A DNA stretch of 64,000 nt from Desulfomicrobium sp. GTDB lineage: Bacteria > Desulfobacterota > Desulfovibrionia > Desulfovibrionales > Desulfomicrobiaceae. Location of the stretch: the NCBI GenBank assembly GCA_040768745.1, contig JAXGMI010000002.1, forward strand, positions 160,001-224,000, given 5' to 3'. The translations under genes and the position numbers were made by a program. Shown here piece by piece: positions 29,301 to 38,718 of this stretch. Each line of letters starts with the position of its first letter. Position 1 is the stretch's first letter. The notes below the pieces were generated by a model. That model was not told where the DNA came from. It saw nothing but the letters and a program-made list of their open reading frames with translations, and did not search any database.

Positions 29301-30863
29301 TTCGTGGTCAATGGCCGGATTGGTGACCACAGCCACCATTTCCTTGAAGAAATCCGAAATGTTGGAAAGGCTCTGCTCCGCCAAACAGGCCAAAGGTCCC
29401 TGATACCCCATGGAGCCGATGGGGCCTTTGCCCGTGGCTGCCACATGGCGGCGCATGTCCTGGTCGTATTTATGCCAGCCAAACGAGGCCAAAAGGCCCG
29501 AGGAGGATGTCCCGCCCAGATCAAGGATTGGCCGCCCGCTGAAGAAGCGGCGCAGGTCACGGCAGGCTTCATCGGAGCAGGCCAGGATGGGATCGGGAAT
29601 CTCGGCATGCAGGTTGCCGGACAGCCCCCTGAGTCGACCCTGACCGAAATGACGGACCAATCGTTCCTGGATCCCGCAATAATCAAGCACCTCGGCCTGT
29701 CTGCCCGGGCCGGACAAAATGGCGATTTTTTCGCCAGGGGCCAGGGGCCGGGGATCCTGAACGGTGTTTTCCAGATTGACCACGCCTTTTTCAGAGGAAA
29801 GGAAGAAGTCGTAATCGCTCTCGCCAAACCACAGGGGCCGCAGGCCCAAGGCGTCCACGCTCCCCATGCACGTGTCCCCGAAACGGCAGACCACGGCGGC
29901 CGGACCTTGAGCAGATGGCGGAAAAAACCAGCGGTACATGGCGTACATGCGCTGCAGGGACACAGGCATGCGTTCGACCTCGGAGTGAATGGCCGGAAAG
30001 GTCATCTCCAGCGCCTCCATGAAATCAAGACCATGGACGTGCACGAGGCCTTCCAAGATGCGGTTGAGGTCCTGGGAGTCGCTTCCTCCGGGCGTGGGCT
30101 CGATGCCCAAGGCCCTGGCAGAGCTGCGCAGCTTTTCAATGGTGTTGATTTCCCCGTTGTGCCCCAGCAGGGAAAAAGGCTGGGCGCGCTGGGCCGTTGG
30201 CAAGGTGTTGGTGGAGTAACGGCTGTGGCCCAATGTGAGGACGGACTTGGTCCGGGGATCTCGGAGCTCGGGATAGACGCGGGCCAGAAGGTCTGGGGTT
30301 CCGCGCAGCTTGTAGATGACGCTGTCCAGACTGAGGGAGCAGACATGCAGGTCCGGGATGGTCCGTTCCATCCCCATTTGTATGGTGAAAAGACGCCTGG
30401 CTCTTTCCTGCCGAGTTTCGTCGTGGACCAGTCCGGCGATCTGCCAGAAGAGAGGGGCCTCGGCCCTGGCCATGGGGCCCAGTTCCGGGACGTGCATCTG
30501 ATCGTCCTTTTCCAGCAGGATCTCCAGTCCGGCCTCGGCCATCAGGGCACGGGCCTGCAGTTTGATGGCCGATGCACGGGCAGTGTCTCCGGGAAGAAAA
30601 CAATGACCGACACAAAATCCCTTGCTGTCGCTCAAGTGGCGGCTGAGTCCTGCCGCGGGCAGACGTTCCGCCCAGACAGCCCGGGGAATGTCCGTCAGCA
30701 CGCCGCACCCGTCGCCTTCGCTGTTGATGTCGCCTGACCTGTGGGCCATTTTTTTCAAGGCGTCGATGGTTTTGACGATATTGGCGTGGCTGGCCCGGCC
30801 TCGCTTGTCCACGAAGGCGATGATGGCGCAGGCGTCGTGTTCTTTCACAAGGGGAGCGTGCAT
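26316..30863 (-). CDS. gltB: Glutamate synthase large subunit (GltB-like)
   Basis: EHDAC processing site, HSRYSTNT, HNGEINT, AMSFGS, QQVASGRFGV, GQGAKPGEGGHLPG, GXGXG domain; GGAG RBS before ATG 30863. Confidence 0.93.
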   Translation of the reverse strand: MHAPLVKEHDACAIIAFVDKRGRASHANIVKTIDALKKMAHRSGDINSEGDGCGVLTDIPRAVWAERLPAAGLSRHLSDSKGFCVGHCFLPGDTARASAIKLQARALMAEAGLEILLEKDDQMHVPELGPMARAEAPLFWQIAGLVHDETRQERARRLFTIQMGMERTIPDLHVCSLSLDSVIYKLRGTPDLLARVYPELRDPRTKSVLTLGHSRYSTNTLPTAQRAQPFSLLGHNGEINTIEKLRSSARALGIEPTPGGSDSQDLNRILEGLVHVHGLDFMEALEMTFPAIHSEVERMPVSLQRMYAMYRWFFPPSAQGPAAVVCRFGDTCMGSVDALGLRPLWFGESDYDFFLSSEKGVVNLENTVQDPRPLAPGEKIAILSGPGRQAEVLDYCGIQERLVRHFGQGRLRGLSGNLHAEIPDPILACSDEACRDLRRFFSGRPILDLGGTSSSGLLASFGWHKYDQDMRRHVAATGKGPIGSMGYQGPLACLAEQSLSNISDFFKEMVAVVTNPAIDHEREAEHFSTAVILGDRPDSRPSPVALRLETPILLGGEFSPALSSLDILSLCREHGTHTLEQVLDFFTAQQHDPGRIAILDATFVPDQGLVSRLRQLEAEVGRSIQEGAALVVLDDCASFVDGRVFIDPGLAVAWLARAAEKGRLPRLPSVIVRSGAIRNLHDIMFLLGLGAAAVNPYMLWKQAYAQAESADRLYRTLSNTLMALQTGVEKVMSTMGIHELCGYGRIFASIGLQRDLEEVFGCANFCSSVTAGLSFVELEEQGRRRLALVLEGEERKLYAEPKRNAKVGKILRSVAEGKTGYVQMAESLAALDAENPVGIRHLLDFSSFHPDPLPLESVDTSIGGHAMPLLISAMSFGSQGENSFRAYAEAARKANIICMNGEGGEIPDMLGKYMENRGQQVASGRFGVSMELLNSARYLEIKVGQGAKPGEGGHLPGSKVTPMVAQARHCKPGIALISPSNHHDIYSIEDLCQIITELKTANPGARISVKIPVTSGVATIVVGVAKAGAHVVNVSGFEGGTGAAREHAKKYVGLPVEIGVSQAHRGLTEAGLRQQVELWCDGGVRSGADVVKLICLGANRVGIGTVALMGVGCISCEQCHLDICPRGISTQIRTAEEAVARGVKLFRPLLPAVEAENLTRLLRAFGDQIRRILAGMGERNLTELVGRTDLLRQTRGLDRIDLTELLSPASRNEEKAYCPVPRITRKPLDNLTRLISDLSMSSFMAGCGYVQYKEENVRSVDRAVGTYLAGAMVREAKAAGGKVDVLLTSSVPGNGLCAFNVDGIGTVVEGGGQDGIAKGAQGGLVCVLKGANILGQRVDGSVGKSLAYGALSGVIMVQNQADSRACIRMSGADAIFGGRITAPVRDDLGNLASRSHLKGFAFEYMTGGRAVVLGDPGPWLCAGMTGGVIYQCLYPEFNFGRENLTRRLARGAHVVIRGLDEDDEVQVKGLLGKYIAALHGSFQNGEAESVQILADEAKTRFVKIIPASSAGIKPE

Positions 30864-31037
30864 GGCTGTTCTCCGGGGCTGGGAGGGTCGAGGTGTTTCC
30901 CGTGGCGTTCGCAGTGGCCAAAACGTGTCAGGGAACGGTGCGCTGCCGTGATTATGACTCTTTACCAAAGGGGCTCTCTTGTCTATATGTCCGAACATAC
31001 AGAATTCATTTCTTCTTTTGCACAAATCGAGGCGTAC

Positions 31038-31340
31038 ATGGACAAGAACGATCTGGTGGAACGGCTGCAAGCGGAAATGGGGTACTCCGCGACGGAAGCG
31101 TCACGCATTGTGGACGCTTTGATGGAAAGCCTGACCGAGTCCCTGAGCAGCGGGGACAAGATCACCCTGCCGGGCATCGGGACCATGGCCGTGGTTGACC
31201 GGCCGTCACGCAGGGAGCGTCACCCCCAGCCGGGTCAGGAGCAGGAATTCTTAACCAGGCGCAAGGTCAAGTTTTCCCCTGGCAAACGACTGAAAGACGC
31301 CTTGATGTCCCTGGATTTCATCACCAGGGACTTGGAATAA
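31038..31340 (+). CDS. HU/IHF-family DNA-binding protein
   Basis: MDKNDLV, L..GDKITLPGIGT, VKFSPGKRLKD. Confidence 0.88.
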   Translation: MDKNDLVERLQAEMGYSATEASRIVDALMESLTESLSSGDKITLPGIGTMAVVDRPSRRERHPQPGQEQEFLTRRKVKFSPGKRLKDALMSLDFITRDLE

Positions 31341-31451
31341 CGAAATCCCTTTTCCGACCACCAGACCCGGCTCCGGCCGGGTTCTTGAGGCTGGACTTCC
31401 GCCAAGGCATGGGCCATGGCCTTGGCAATGCGCATTCCGAAAGGGGGAGAA

Positions 31452-32381
31452 ATGAATATCGCGAACTCCATGACCGAACTGGTCGGCAACACACCTCTGG
31501 TCCGTCTCAATCGTCTGGCTCAGGATTGTGTGGCGGAGGTCGTGCTCAAACTCGAATTCTTCAATCCACTGTCCTCGGTCAAGGACCGCATTGCCCTGAA
31601 CATGATCGACGAGGCCGAACGTGAAGGCCGATTGCGGCCGGGAACAGTTGTTGTGGAGCCGACCAGCGGCAACACCGGCGTGGGTCTGGCCTTTGTCTGC
31701 GCTGTGCGCGGATACCGCCTCATCCTGACCATGCCCGAGTCCATGAGCGTGGAGCGGCGTATGCTCCTTGCTGCCCTTGGAGCGGAACTGGTGCTGACCC
31801 CGGCGGCCAGGGGCATGGCCGGGGCCGTGGCCGAGGCGGAGAAAATCCTGTCCTCTCATGACAACGCCCTCATGCCTGGCCAGTTCGTCAATCCGGCCAA
31901 CCCCGCCATGCATGAACGGACCACTGCCCAGGAGCTCTGGCAGGATACCGAAGGCCGCATCGACGTCCTGGTTGCAGGCGTGGGCACGGGTGGGACCATC
32001 ACTGGGGTAGGCCGGGCCTTGAAACGCCGAAAGCCCGGCTTTCTGACCGTTGCCGTGGAGCCTGCGGCCTCCCCGCTTCTGAGTGGAGGTGCGCCGGGAC
32101 CACATAAAATTCAGGGAATCGGTCCCAATTTTGTTCCTCAGGTCCTGGACCGCAGTGTTGTGGACCGCGTGGTTCAGGTGACCAATGAGGACGCCATGGT
32201 CACGTCCAGAAGACTGGCCCGGGAGGAAGGCATCCTGTGCGGCATCTCCTCCGGCGCCAATGTCTGGGCCGCCCTGCAGCTGGCGTGTGAACCAGCAATG
32301 GAAGGCAGGCTCATCGCCGCCATCATCTGTGACACGGGTGAGCGCTACCTCTCAACTGAACTTTTTGCCTCACAAGGTTGA
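31452..32381 (+). CDS. cysK: Cysteine synthase A
   Basis: [48 protein letters not shown]. Confidence 0.96.
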   Translation: MNIANSMTELVGNTPLVRLNRLAQDCVAEVVLKLEFFNPLSSVKDRIALNMIDEAEREGRLRPGTVVVEPTSGNTGVGLAFVCAVRGYRLILTMPESMSVERRMLLAALGAELVLTPAARGMAGAVAEAEKILSSHDNALMPGQFVNPANPAMHERTTAQELWQDTEGRIDVLVAGVGTGGTITGVGRALKRRKPGFLTVAVEPAASPLLSGGAPGPHKIQGIGPNFVPQVLDRSVVDRVVQVTNEDAMVTSRRLAREEGILCGISSGANVWAALQLACEPAMEGRLIAAIICDTGERYLSTELFASQG

Positions 32382-32383
32382 AC

Positions 32384-33277
32384 ATGGCCAAATATCTCAA
32401 AACCGACAGTGTCATTGGGGAGGTCGTGGAGCAGCTCTGCGCGCCCGAATCCTATCAGGGGGTCTATCATCAGCCCTCCTTTGGGTCACCCATGCCCTCC
32501 ATTGAACTGCTGCACGACATCGTAGAGCGGCTCAGATCCGTGCTCTTTCCGGGATTCTTCAAGGAGCCTTTCATCACTCCGCAGAATATGGCTTATTTCG
32601 TCGGGTCAAAGCTGGAGAAGGTCCGGCGCGAATTGACCCGGCAGGTGGAACGTGGGTTCTGCTTTGCCTGCGAAAAGGACGTGCAGTCCTGTTCCATGGA
32701 CTGCACGGAGCGGGCCGAGCGTGTGGCCAACAATTTCCTGCTGACCCTTCCCCGCGTAAGGCATCTGTTGGCCACAGACGTGCAGGCAGCGTTCGCGGGG
32801 GACCCTGCGGCCAAGAATCCAGGTGAAACGATTTTCTGCTACCCTTCCATCCGCGCCATGACCAACCACCGCATCGCCCACGAACTCCACGAGCTGGGTG
32901 TGCCGCTCATCCCGCGCATCATCGCAGAGATGGCCCATTCCGAAACAGGCATCGACATCCACCCCGGAGCCACCATCGGTGAATCCTTCTTCATCGACCA
33001 CGGTACGGGCACGGTCATTGGCGAGACCTGTATCATCGGCAGGAATGTCCGGCTGTACCAAGGGGTGACGCTGGGGGCCAAAAGCTTCCCCAAGGGCGAG
33101 AACGGGCACTTGGTCAAAGGCATTCCCCGCCACCCCATCGTCGAAGACAATGTGACCATCTATTCCGGGGCGACCATCCTGGGCCGCATCACCATTGGCC
33201 AGGGGGCGGTCATCGGGGGCAATGTCTGGGTGGTGGACGATGTGTCCCCGGGCAGCAAGGTGTACAGCAACCGCTGA
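32384..33277 (+). CDS. cysE: Serine O-acetyltransferase
   Basis: GDPAA, TGIDIHPGATIG, FIDHGTG.VIGET, RHP hexapeptide repeats. Confidence 0.93.
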   Translation: MAKYLKTDSVIGEVVEQLCAPESYQGVYHQPSFGSPMPSIELLHDIVERLRSVLFPGFFKEPFITPQNMAYFVGSKLEKVRRELTRQVERGFCFACEKDVQSCSMDCTERAERVANNFLLTLPRVRHLLATDVQAAFAGDPAAKNPGETIFCYPSIRAMTNHRIAHELHELGVPLIPRIIAEMAHSETGIDIHPGATIGESFFIDHGTGTVIGETCIIGRNVRLYQGVTLGAKSFPKGENGHLVKGIPRHPIVEDNVTIYSGATILGRITIGQGAVIGGNVWVVDDVSPGSKVYSNR

Positions 33278-33298
33278 ACCTGTCCCAACAGGTGCTTC

Positions 33299-33339
33299 AG
33301 AAACCGTCTCCGGAAAGATCGGAGACGGTTTCTTGTTTT
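33299..33339 (+). terminator. Intrinsic (possibly bidirectional) terminator after cysE
   Basis: AGAAACCGTCTCCG / CGGAGACGGTTTCT 14-bp stem between convergent genes. Confidence 0.8.
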
Positions 33340-33383
33340 CGTGAATGGGACCGAGGCGATGTTGTGGTCGGCCAGGAGCCGGT

Positions 33384-35084
33384 TCAGGCCGACTGGTAGC
33401 TTTCGGCAAACTTGCGTTCGGCCTCAGCAGTGCCGATGAGGATCAGTTCGTCACCCGGAAGAGGGATGGTGGATGGGTCAGGGTTGATGATCATCCGTTC
33501 TTCCCGTTTGATGGCGATGATACTGCATCCCGTGTCCTCGCGGATGCGCTGGTCCTGCAGGGATTTGCCCAGGATGGATTGGCCGGGAATGGATCGGAAG
33601 ATGTTCAAGCCTTCGGAGATCATGAGCAGTTTCTCTGGGCGCAGCAGATTGAGAATAGTCGTGGTGCAGAGAGAGGAAAAAGACATGACCAGATTGGCTC
33701 CGGCCCGGTGCAGGGTGTTGATGTTGCGATCCAGACTGGCCCGGCTGATGATCTGCGCGTCTGGCCTCAGCCGGCGGCAGTAGATGGTGAGGAAGATGTT
33801 CAGGTCGTCGTCATGGGTGGTGATGATGATTGAAGGCGTTTCGTTGATGCCGGCTTGGATCAGCACGTCCAGGTCCGCGGCGCTGCCCTGGATGATTCGT
33901 GCATCATCGTGGGTGCGGGTCGCTTTCTTTTCCACCACGCGGTAGTCGATGTTCATGCGCCCCAGGGTCGAGGCTACGGACATGCCGACCCTGCCCCCAC
34001 CCAGGACCAGGACCGGTCCTGAAGATTGGCCGTCTGGTCGGGCAGCCCCCATGAGCTGATCAAATTCCTCCAGTTGCATCTCGGACCCAGCCAGGACCAG
34101 GACTGTGGACGCCTCGATGCGGGTGGACGGGGAGGGCAGCTGAAACCGGCCCTGTTCCCACAGGCCCACCACATTGACACCGGTCAGCTGGCGCAGCCTC
34201 GTTTCAGCCAGGGTCCTGTCCTGCAGCGGGGAACGCATGGCCGGGGCCTCGGCAATGAGCAGTTCATCGAATTTACCGATGACGTTGGCCTCCATGCGCA
34301 GCCCCAGTACCCTCCGGGCCAGGACCTGGCCCAGCATTTTGGTGAACTGGAACGTATGGGTGCTGCCGGCCAGCTTCAGGATGTCCAGGGAATCTTCCTG
34401 ATCAGCGTTGGTGACCGTGACCACGCTGTCCGAAACTTCCCGGATGGTGAAAATGATGTTGGTGCTGACCACATCGTCGTTCATGACCACGACCATGGCC
34501 GCCGCATCCACCCGCAGTCGGCGGTACGTCTCGGGATCGTCGAGCTCGCCGACCACGACACGCAGTCCTGTTTCATGCAGGTTCAGGGCCTGCTGCAAAT
34601 CAGGAATGAGCACCACGTAAGGAATATTGTACTGATTCAGCTTCTCCACCAGATTGAGAGCGACTGCGTCGAAATGGGTCAGGATGACGTGCCCGGACAT
34701 GGTCTCGGGGACAGCACGGGGCGCTCTGGCCTTGTTCTGTTCCTCCAGCCAGGGGGCATAGAAAAATTGGATGAAGGTGAAGGGCAGCACGATGAGCAGA
34801 AAGATGAGTCCGCTCAACAGCACGATGATGGAAAACAGGCGGCCCAGATCCGTGGTGAAGGTGATGTCGCCGAAGCCGAGGGTGGTCATGACCGTCAGGG
34901 TCCAGTAGAAGCCCGTCAGCCAGGAATGGCGTTGGCCCTCGTAGAGCATGAGAAAATGGAACAGTGTGCTGAAAACGATGAAAAATCCCAGCAGTACAAG
35001 GAGGAAACGCGACATCAGCCGGGTATTGCTGCGGTGCCTGGCCTGATTGACCAGCGCCGTCATCTGCGAAATCATGAATTTCAC
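33384..35084 (-). CDS. Potassium channel with tandem TrkA (RCK) domains
   Basis: Pore motif TMTTLGFGD, two RCK_N/RCK_C repeats (GGGRVG); AGGAGG RBS before GTG 35084. Confidence 0.92.
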   Translation of the reverse strand: MKFMISQMTALVNQARHRSNTRLMSRFLLVLLGFFIVFSTLFHFLMLYEGQRHSWLTGFYWTLTVMTTLGFGDITFTTDLGRLFSIIVLLSGLIFLLIVLPFTFIQFFYAPWLEEQNKARAPRAVPETMSGHVILTHFDAVALNLVEKLNQYNIPYVVLIPDLQQALNLHETGLRVVVGELDDPETYRRLRVDAAAMVVVMNDDVVSTNIIFTIREVSDSVVTVTNADQEDSLDILKLAGSTHTFQFTKMLGQVLARRVLGLRMEANVIGKFDELLIAEAPAMRSPLQDRTLAETRLRQLTGVNVVGLWEQGRFQLPSPSTRIEASTVLVLAGSEMQLEEFDQLMGAARPDGQSSGPVLVLGGGRVGMSVASTLGRMNIDYRVVEKKATRTHDDARIIQGSAADLDVLIQAGINETPSIIITTHDDDLNIFLTIYCRRLRPDAQIISRASLDRNINTLHRAGANLVMSFSSLCTTTILNLLRPEKLLMISEGLNIFRSIPGQSILGKSLQDQRIREDTGCSIIAIKREERMIINPDPSTIPLPGDELILIGTAEAERKFAESYQSA

Positions 35085-35221
35085 GCGCTGCCTCCTGCAG
35101 TGGGGTCGGGTGCCAATCCCAGGGTCCGTTCCCGTTGGCAGAGGACCTGGCACATGGCCTGGGCCTGCTTGGTGTGGAGCAGACCGTTGGTCGCTGCCTC
35201 GTCGAGGAGGATCAGTTTCAT
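35081..35221 (-). pseudogene. 46-aa ORF, possible internally deleted ornithine cyclodeaminase-family remnant
   Basis: GGAG RBS; MKLILLDEAATNGLL...AQAMCQVLCQRERTLGLA; its stop overlaps the channel GTG start. Confidence 0.3.
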
Positions 35222-35365
35222 GGTCGGCTCCAAAAGGTGGGGAAGGAGGCCTGTACGCGTCGGGCAGGTGTACTTGGCGCAGATGTACTGAACATGGACC
35301 GATTCTTATCCCTGAAGGAAAAATGCAGCAAGAACTCAATGCCTCCCGCAAGCCAGGACAGACCC

Positions 35366-36325
35366 TCACACGGTCAGCACAAGCCCCTTCTCGGCGGCTT
35401 TGGAGAGGGCAAGGGAGCAGATGGCGATATCCTGTAACGCCATGCCTGAACTGTCGTACACGGTGATCTGCGCATCGGAGGTGCGCCCTGGGGCTCCGTT
35501 CAGCACCGCACCGATGGGCGTGATGCGGTCCATCCCGATGCGACCCTCCTTGAAGGCGGTCTGGTATTCCCCGATGGAAACCGACTGCTGGACCACGTCG
35601 GCAAAAAGAGAGGCCGAGGCTGTCAGGTTCGAGTCTAGTTCCTGCTTGCCTACCTGATCGGCGCCCATGGCCGAGACATGTGTCCCCGGCCGGACCCATT
35701 CCGCCCTGAAAAGGGGTTCGCGGGCAGCGGTGACCGTGGCGATGATATCAGCCGCAGAGACAGCCTCCCGCACTGGGACTGCCTCGGCTGGGAGGTCGAG
35801 CTCTGCACGGATCCGCCTGGCGAATGCCTCTCCAGCCAGGGTCGACCGGTTTGCCACCAATACCCGGTCTATGGGGCGGACCTCGCGGATGGCCAACAAC
35901 TCGAACCAGGCTTGGTGTCCCGCACCCAGAAGAGCCAGGGTGCGGCTATCGGTTCGGGCCAACAGGCGGACGGCCACGGCATCCGATGCGGCCGTGCGCA
36001 GCGAAGTCAGGTGCGACGCGGACACAAGGGCTTTGGGGAATCCTGTTTCCGGATCAAGCAGCAACGTGGTGGACGCGTGGGCCTTGAGGCCTTGGGCGCG
36101 ATTGTCCGGCCAGTAGCTGCCGACCTTGAGGCCCACCTTCCGGCTGCCTTGGATCAAGCCGCTCTTGATGCTGAACGATGTTCCGGGATCAGGGCCATGC
36201 CCTTGTACGACCGGGAAAACCTCGGCCAGGCCTTGCCCGTATTCGCGGAACATGGCGTCGATGGCCTCAATGGCGTCGGCCACGGACACAACTTGGGCGG
36301 CGACTTCCTCACTGACAAACTGCAT
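35366..36325 (-). CDS. Ornithine cyclodeaminase/mu-crystallin family imine reductase (BhcD-like)
   Basis: GLKVGSYWPDN, LTSLRTAA, GAGHQA, AMGAD..GKQELD, QSVSIGE.Q, DSSGMALQD. Confidence 0.88.
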   Translation of the reverse strand: MQFVSEEVAAQVVSVADAIEAIDAMFREYGQGLAEVFPVVQGHGPDPGTSFSIKSGLIQGSRKVGLKVGSYWPDNRAQGLKAHASTTLLLDPETGFPKALVSASHLTSLRTAASDAVAVRLLARTDSRTLALLGAGHQAWFELLAIREVRPIDRVLVANRSTLAGEAFARRIRAELDLPAEAVPVREAVSAADIIATVTAAREPLFRAEWVRPGTHVSAMGADQVGKQELDSNLTASASLFADVVQQSVSIGEYQTAFKEGRIGMDRITPIGAVLNGAPGRTSDAQITVYDSSGMALQDIAICSLALSKAAEKGLVLTV

Positions 36326-36339
36326 GGTATTCCTCCGTA

Positions 36340-37509
36340 TCACCAGCCGGAAAAACGCGGCCAGACTTCCGTCACGTCGTTTCCGCCGGTGCCGATGACA
36401 TGATAGCATCTGTGTTGCGTGGCCGTTGCGCATGCATGGCTGGGAAGGATCCGCAGTTTTTTTCCCACCGGCAGGTGGGGACTATCGCCAGCAGCGCCCG
36501 GGCGTCGGGCCACAATGCCATGTTCCTGGTTGACAGCGATGACGATGAGGTCCGGGATGGGGCTCCCTGATTCATCGCAGACCACGCCATAGCCCTGGTC
36601 CACGGCCTGGGTCGCTGTGCCCCTGTCGCTGGATAGCGCGGTCCAGCCTGCATCGACCAGGGTCCAGCCTTTTGCGTGCTGGTGGCCGATGACCGTGGTC
36701 AGCACGGAAAGGGCGATGTCGTCCACCGTGCAGACTCCGATTCCGGCCTGCACCAGGTCGAAAAATACATACACCCCGGCCCGGACTTCCGATACTCCGG
36801 CATAACTGGACGCAGAGAGGGCCGTGGGCGTCGAGCCCACGCTGACCACCGGGCAGGCCCAACCGGCCGCGCGCAGGCTTTCTGCAGCCATGACAGCGGC
36901 CATACGTTCCTGCTCTGCCGCCGCGATGAGGGCCGCTCTCCCCTTGGCCTCGTAGCTCTCCCCTGCATGGGTCAGGACTCCGCGCAGTTGCGCCGCCGGG
37001 GTCAGCGTGCGCGCGATAGACACGAGGAGGGATGTGTCGTCGGGTTTTACCCCGGACCGATGGCCATCGCAATCCAGCTCTATCAGCACTGGTACGGGAT
37101 CTGCCGGGTCAGAAACAGCCGCCACTGCGGCAGCCTGTTCCACGCTGTCCAGAAGGATACTGAGATCCACCCCTCGGCTGCGGAGTGTCTGCACCCTTGG
37201 CAGTCTGTCCGGGGCTATGCCCACGGCATAGGTGATGTCCGTCACGCCATGATCTGCCAGCTCTTCGGCCTCGCGCAGGGTGGAGACCGTGGCTGGTCCA
37301 TGGGGCGTCGGCATCATCCTGCGGGACACCTCAATGGACTTGGCGGTTTTGAGATGCGGGCGGAAACCGACTCCGGCGGAGAGCAGGCGGTCGCGCAGGC
37401 GGGAGATATTCAGGTTCATCCGCTTTTCGTCAAGAAGCAGGCACGGCGTGTCCAACAATCCCATGCTGCACGGCCAGGCTGGTTTTTTGCACGAGCTGAA
37501 GATGTGCAT
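36340..37509 (-). CDS. DSD1-family (fold-type III PLP) enzyme, D-threo-3-hydroxyaspartate dehydratase-like
   Basis: LDTP, RPHLKTAK (PLP Lys), DGHRSGV, THAGESY, GSTPTA, EVRAGVYVFFD, NQEHG, HACAT. Confidence 0.88.
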   Translation of the reverse strand: MHIFSSCKKPAWPCSMGLLDTPCLLLDEKRMNLNISRLRDRLLSAGVGFRPHLKTAKSIEVSRRMMPTPHGPATVSTLREAEELADHGVTDITYAVGIAPDRLPRVQTLRSRGVDLSILLDSVEQAAAVAAVSDPADPVPVLIELDCDGHRSGVKPDDTSLLVSIARTLTPAAQLRGVLTHAGESYEAKGRAALIAAAEQERMAAVMAAESLRAAGWACPVVSVGSTPTALSASSYAGVSEVRAGVYVFFDLVQAGIGVCTVDDIALSVLTTVIGHQHAKGWTLVDAGWTALSSDRGTATQAVDQGYGVVCDESGSPIPDLIVIAVNQEHGIVARRPGAAGDSPHLPVGKKLRILPSHACATATQHRCYHVIGTGGNDVTEVWPRFSGW

Positions 37510-37672
37510 ACGGTCTGCTCCCTGAAGAGGTACACGATCTCGAAGAAATGGGCACGATTCGGTTTATGCTGAAACCATGGAGGAGGGCAGATCTCCCTGG
37601 ATTTGACAAAGAGAGTCCCTACGCTTCGTTCACCATTCTTGATCAATAACGAGAAAAGGTTTATGAAAAAAC

Positions 37673-37969
37673 ATGGTTAATTACACTATTGAACACATCA
37701 AAGGCATCGAGGAATTCTACGGCAGCATTGGCGACGCAGTCCGGAGGGCCATTGCCATCGAGAAAGAGTTCCGGCCCGCCTTGGGCGTCACCGTCAGTCT
37801 GGGGCGGGAGCTGCTCTGCGAGGTCATCGACGGCGTGGCGGACAAAACTTCTGATGCATGGTGGATCTGGCACGATGAGGACCCCAGACGCTGGTCTGAC
37901 ACCGAAGTCGAGGCCGTGCAGCGATGCGAGTCCTGGATGGCCGGTAAATCGGACGACGGGCCATTCTGA
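37673..37969 (+). CDS. Hypothetical protein (98 aa)
   Basis: Open frame in an otherwise empty interval with plausible codon usage; no motif recognised. Confidence 0.5.
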   Translation: MVNYTIEHIKGIEEFYGSIGDAVRRAIAIEKEFRPALGVTVSLGRELLCEVIDGVADKTSDAWWIWHDEDPRRWSDTEVEAVQRCESWMAGKSDDGPF

Positions 37970-38258
37970 ATTCAGGGCAGTTCCGTTCAGTTCCATCGGC
38001 GAGATCTCCTGCCAGCCTCCCCCCGTGAGACATGTCTCGAAACAGGCCACCCGTGGGATGCTTTCAGAATGGAGAAGTCCCTGACTCCATCGGGTTTATG
38101 TTCTTTTCCGGGAAATGTTGCGGGGCACAGGTCCTGTTGAGACAGGCGACAAGACTTTCCGCTGCCGCCATGTCGCCATGCAGATGCCAGTCCCCGGCCA
38201 GAAAACATAGAGTTCTGATGTCCCTTGCCTCAGCGGCGTTGCGTTTACAGCCCCTGTT

Positions 38259-38675
38259 TCAGCATGTTGCTGTCCCGAGAAGAGGGCGGTTTTTGCGGAA
38301 AGAATTCTTGAGTATGATCTTGCCCTTCCGGAAGGTCAACAAGTCGCAGCCATTGACTTCGATACGGTTCCCGTCAGATCGTGTTCCGGTGAACGTCCAC
38401 TCCGACACGCCCATATTCCCGGAAACAAAATGCCGCGCATTTCTCCACTGTGCATCAGGATAGGTTGCCCATGCTTCTGTGAATCCTGCCCGCACAGCCT
38501 CAGAACCTTCATATCTCTTGCCGCAAGCATCCGGACCTGCGGAGGATTCAAACGCACAGTCCTCAGCCATGAATGACATAATCGCTTCAATGTCGTGGCG
38601 ATTCCACGCATCAGCGAATGCTTGCAACAATGTTACTGTGATATCAGCTCCAGTTTCTGTCATAAAATTTACCAT
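38259..38675 (-). CDS. NTF2/SnoaL-fold protein, TauX-like
   Basis: AWNRHDIEAIM..MAEDC.F...GP, PDAQW, VSEWTFTGT..DG.RIE..GCDL.T, FRKNRP. Confidence 0.85.
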   Translation of the reverse strand: MVNFMTETGADITVTLLQAFADAWNRHDIEAIMSFMAEDCAFESSAGPDACGKRYEGSEAVRAGFTEAWATYPDAQWRNARHFVSGNMGVSEWTFTGTRSDGNRIEVNGCDLLTFRKGKIILKNSFRKNRPLLGTATC

Positions 38676-38718
38676 ATACAGTAATTAAAATCATATAAAG
38701 ATAATCTTAAATATAATC

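Noticed and set aside
28317..30737. Long antisense ORFs (806 aa here; also 50987-52924, 20977-22908, 26226-28241, 17822-19465)
   Set aside because: They lie opposite well-supported genes and carry no motifs; this is the usual shadow of GC-rich codon usage.
30864..31070. N-terminal extension of GltB and the overlapping long HU ORF
   Set aside because: RBS-supported starts lie at 30863 (-) and 31038 (+); the extensions have no domain features.
35085..35699. N-terminal extension of the 771-aa K+ channel ORF
   Set aside because: It overlaps the OCD-family gene and looks non-coding; a strong AGGAGG precedes GTG 35084.
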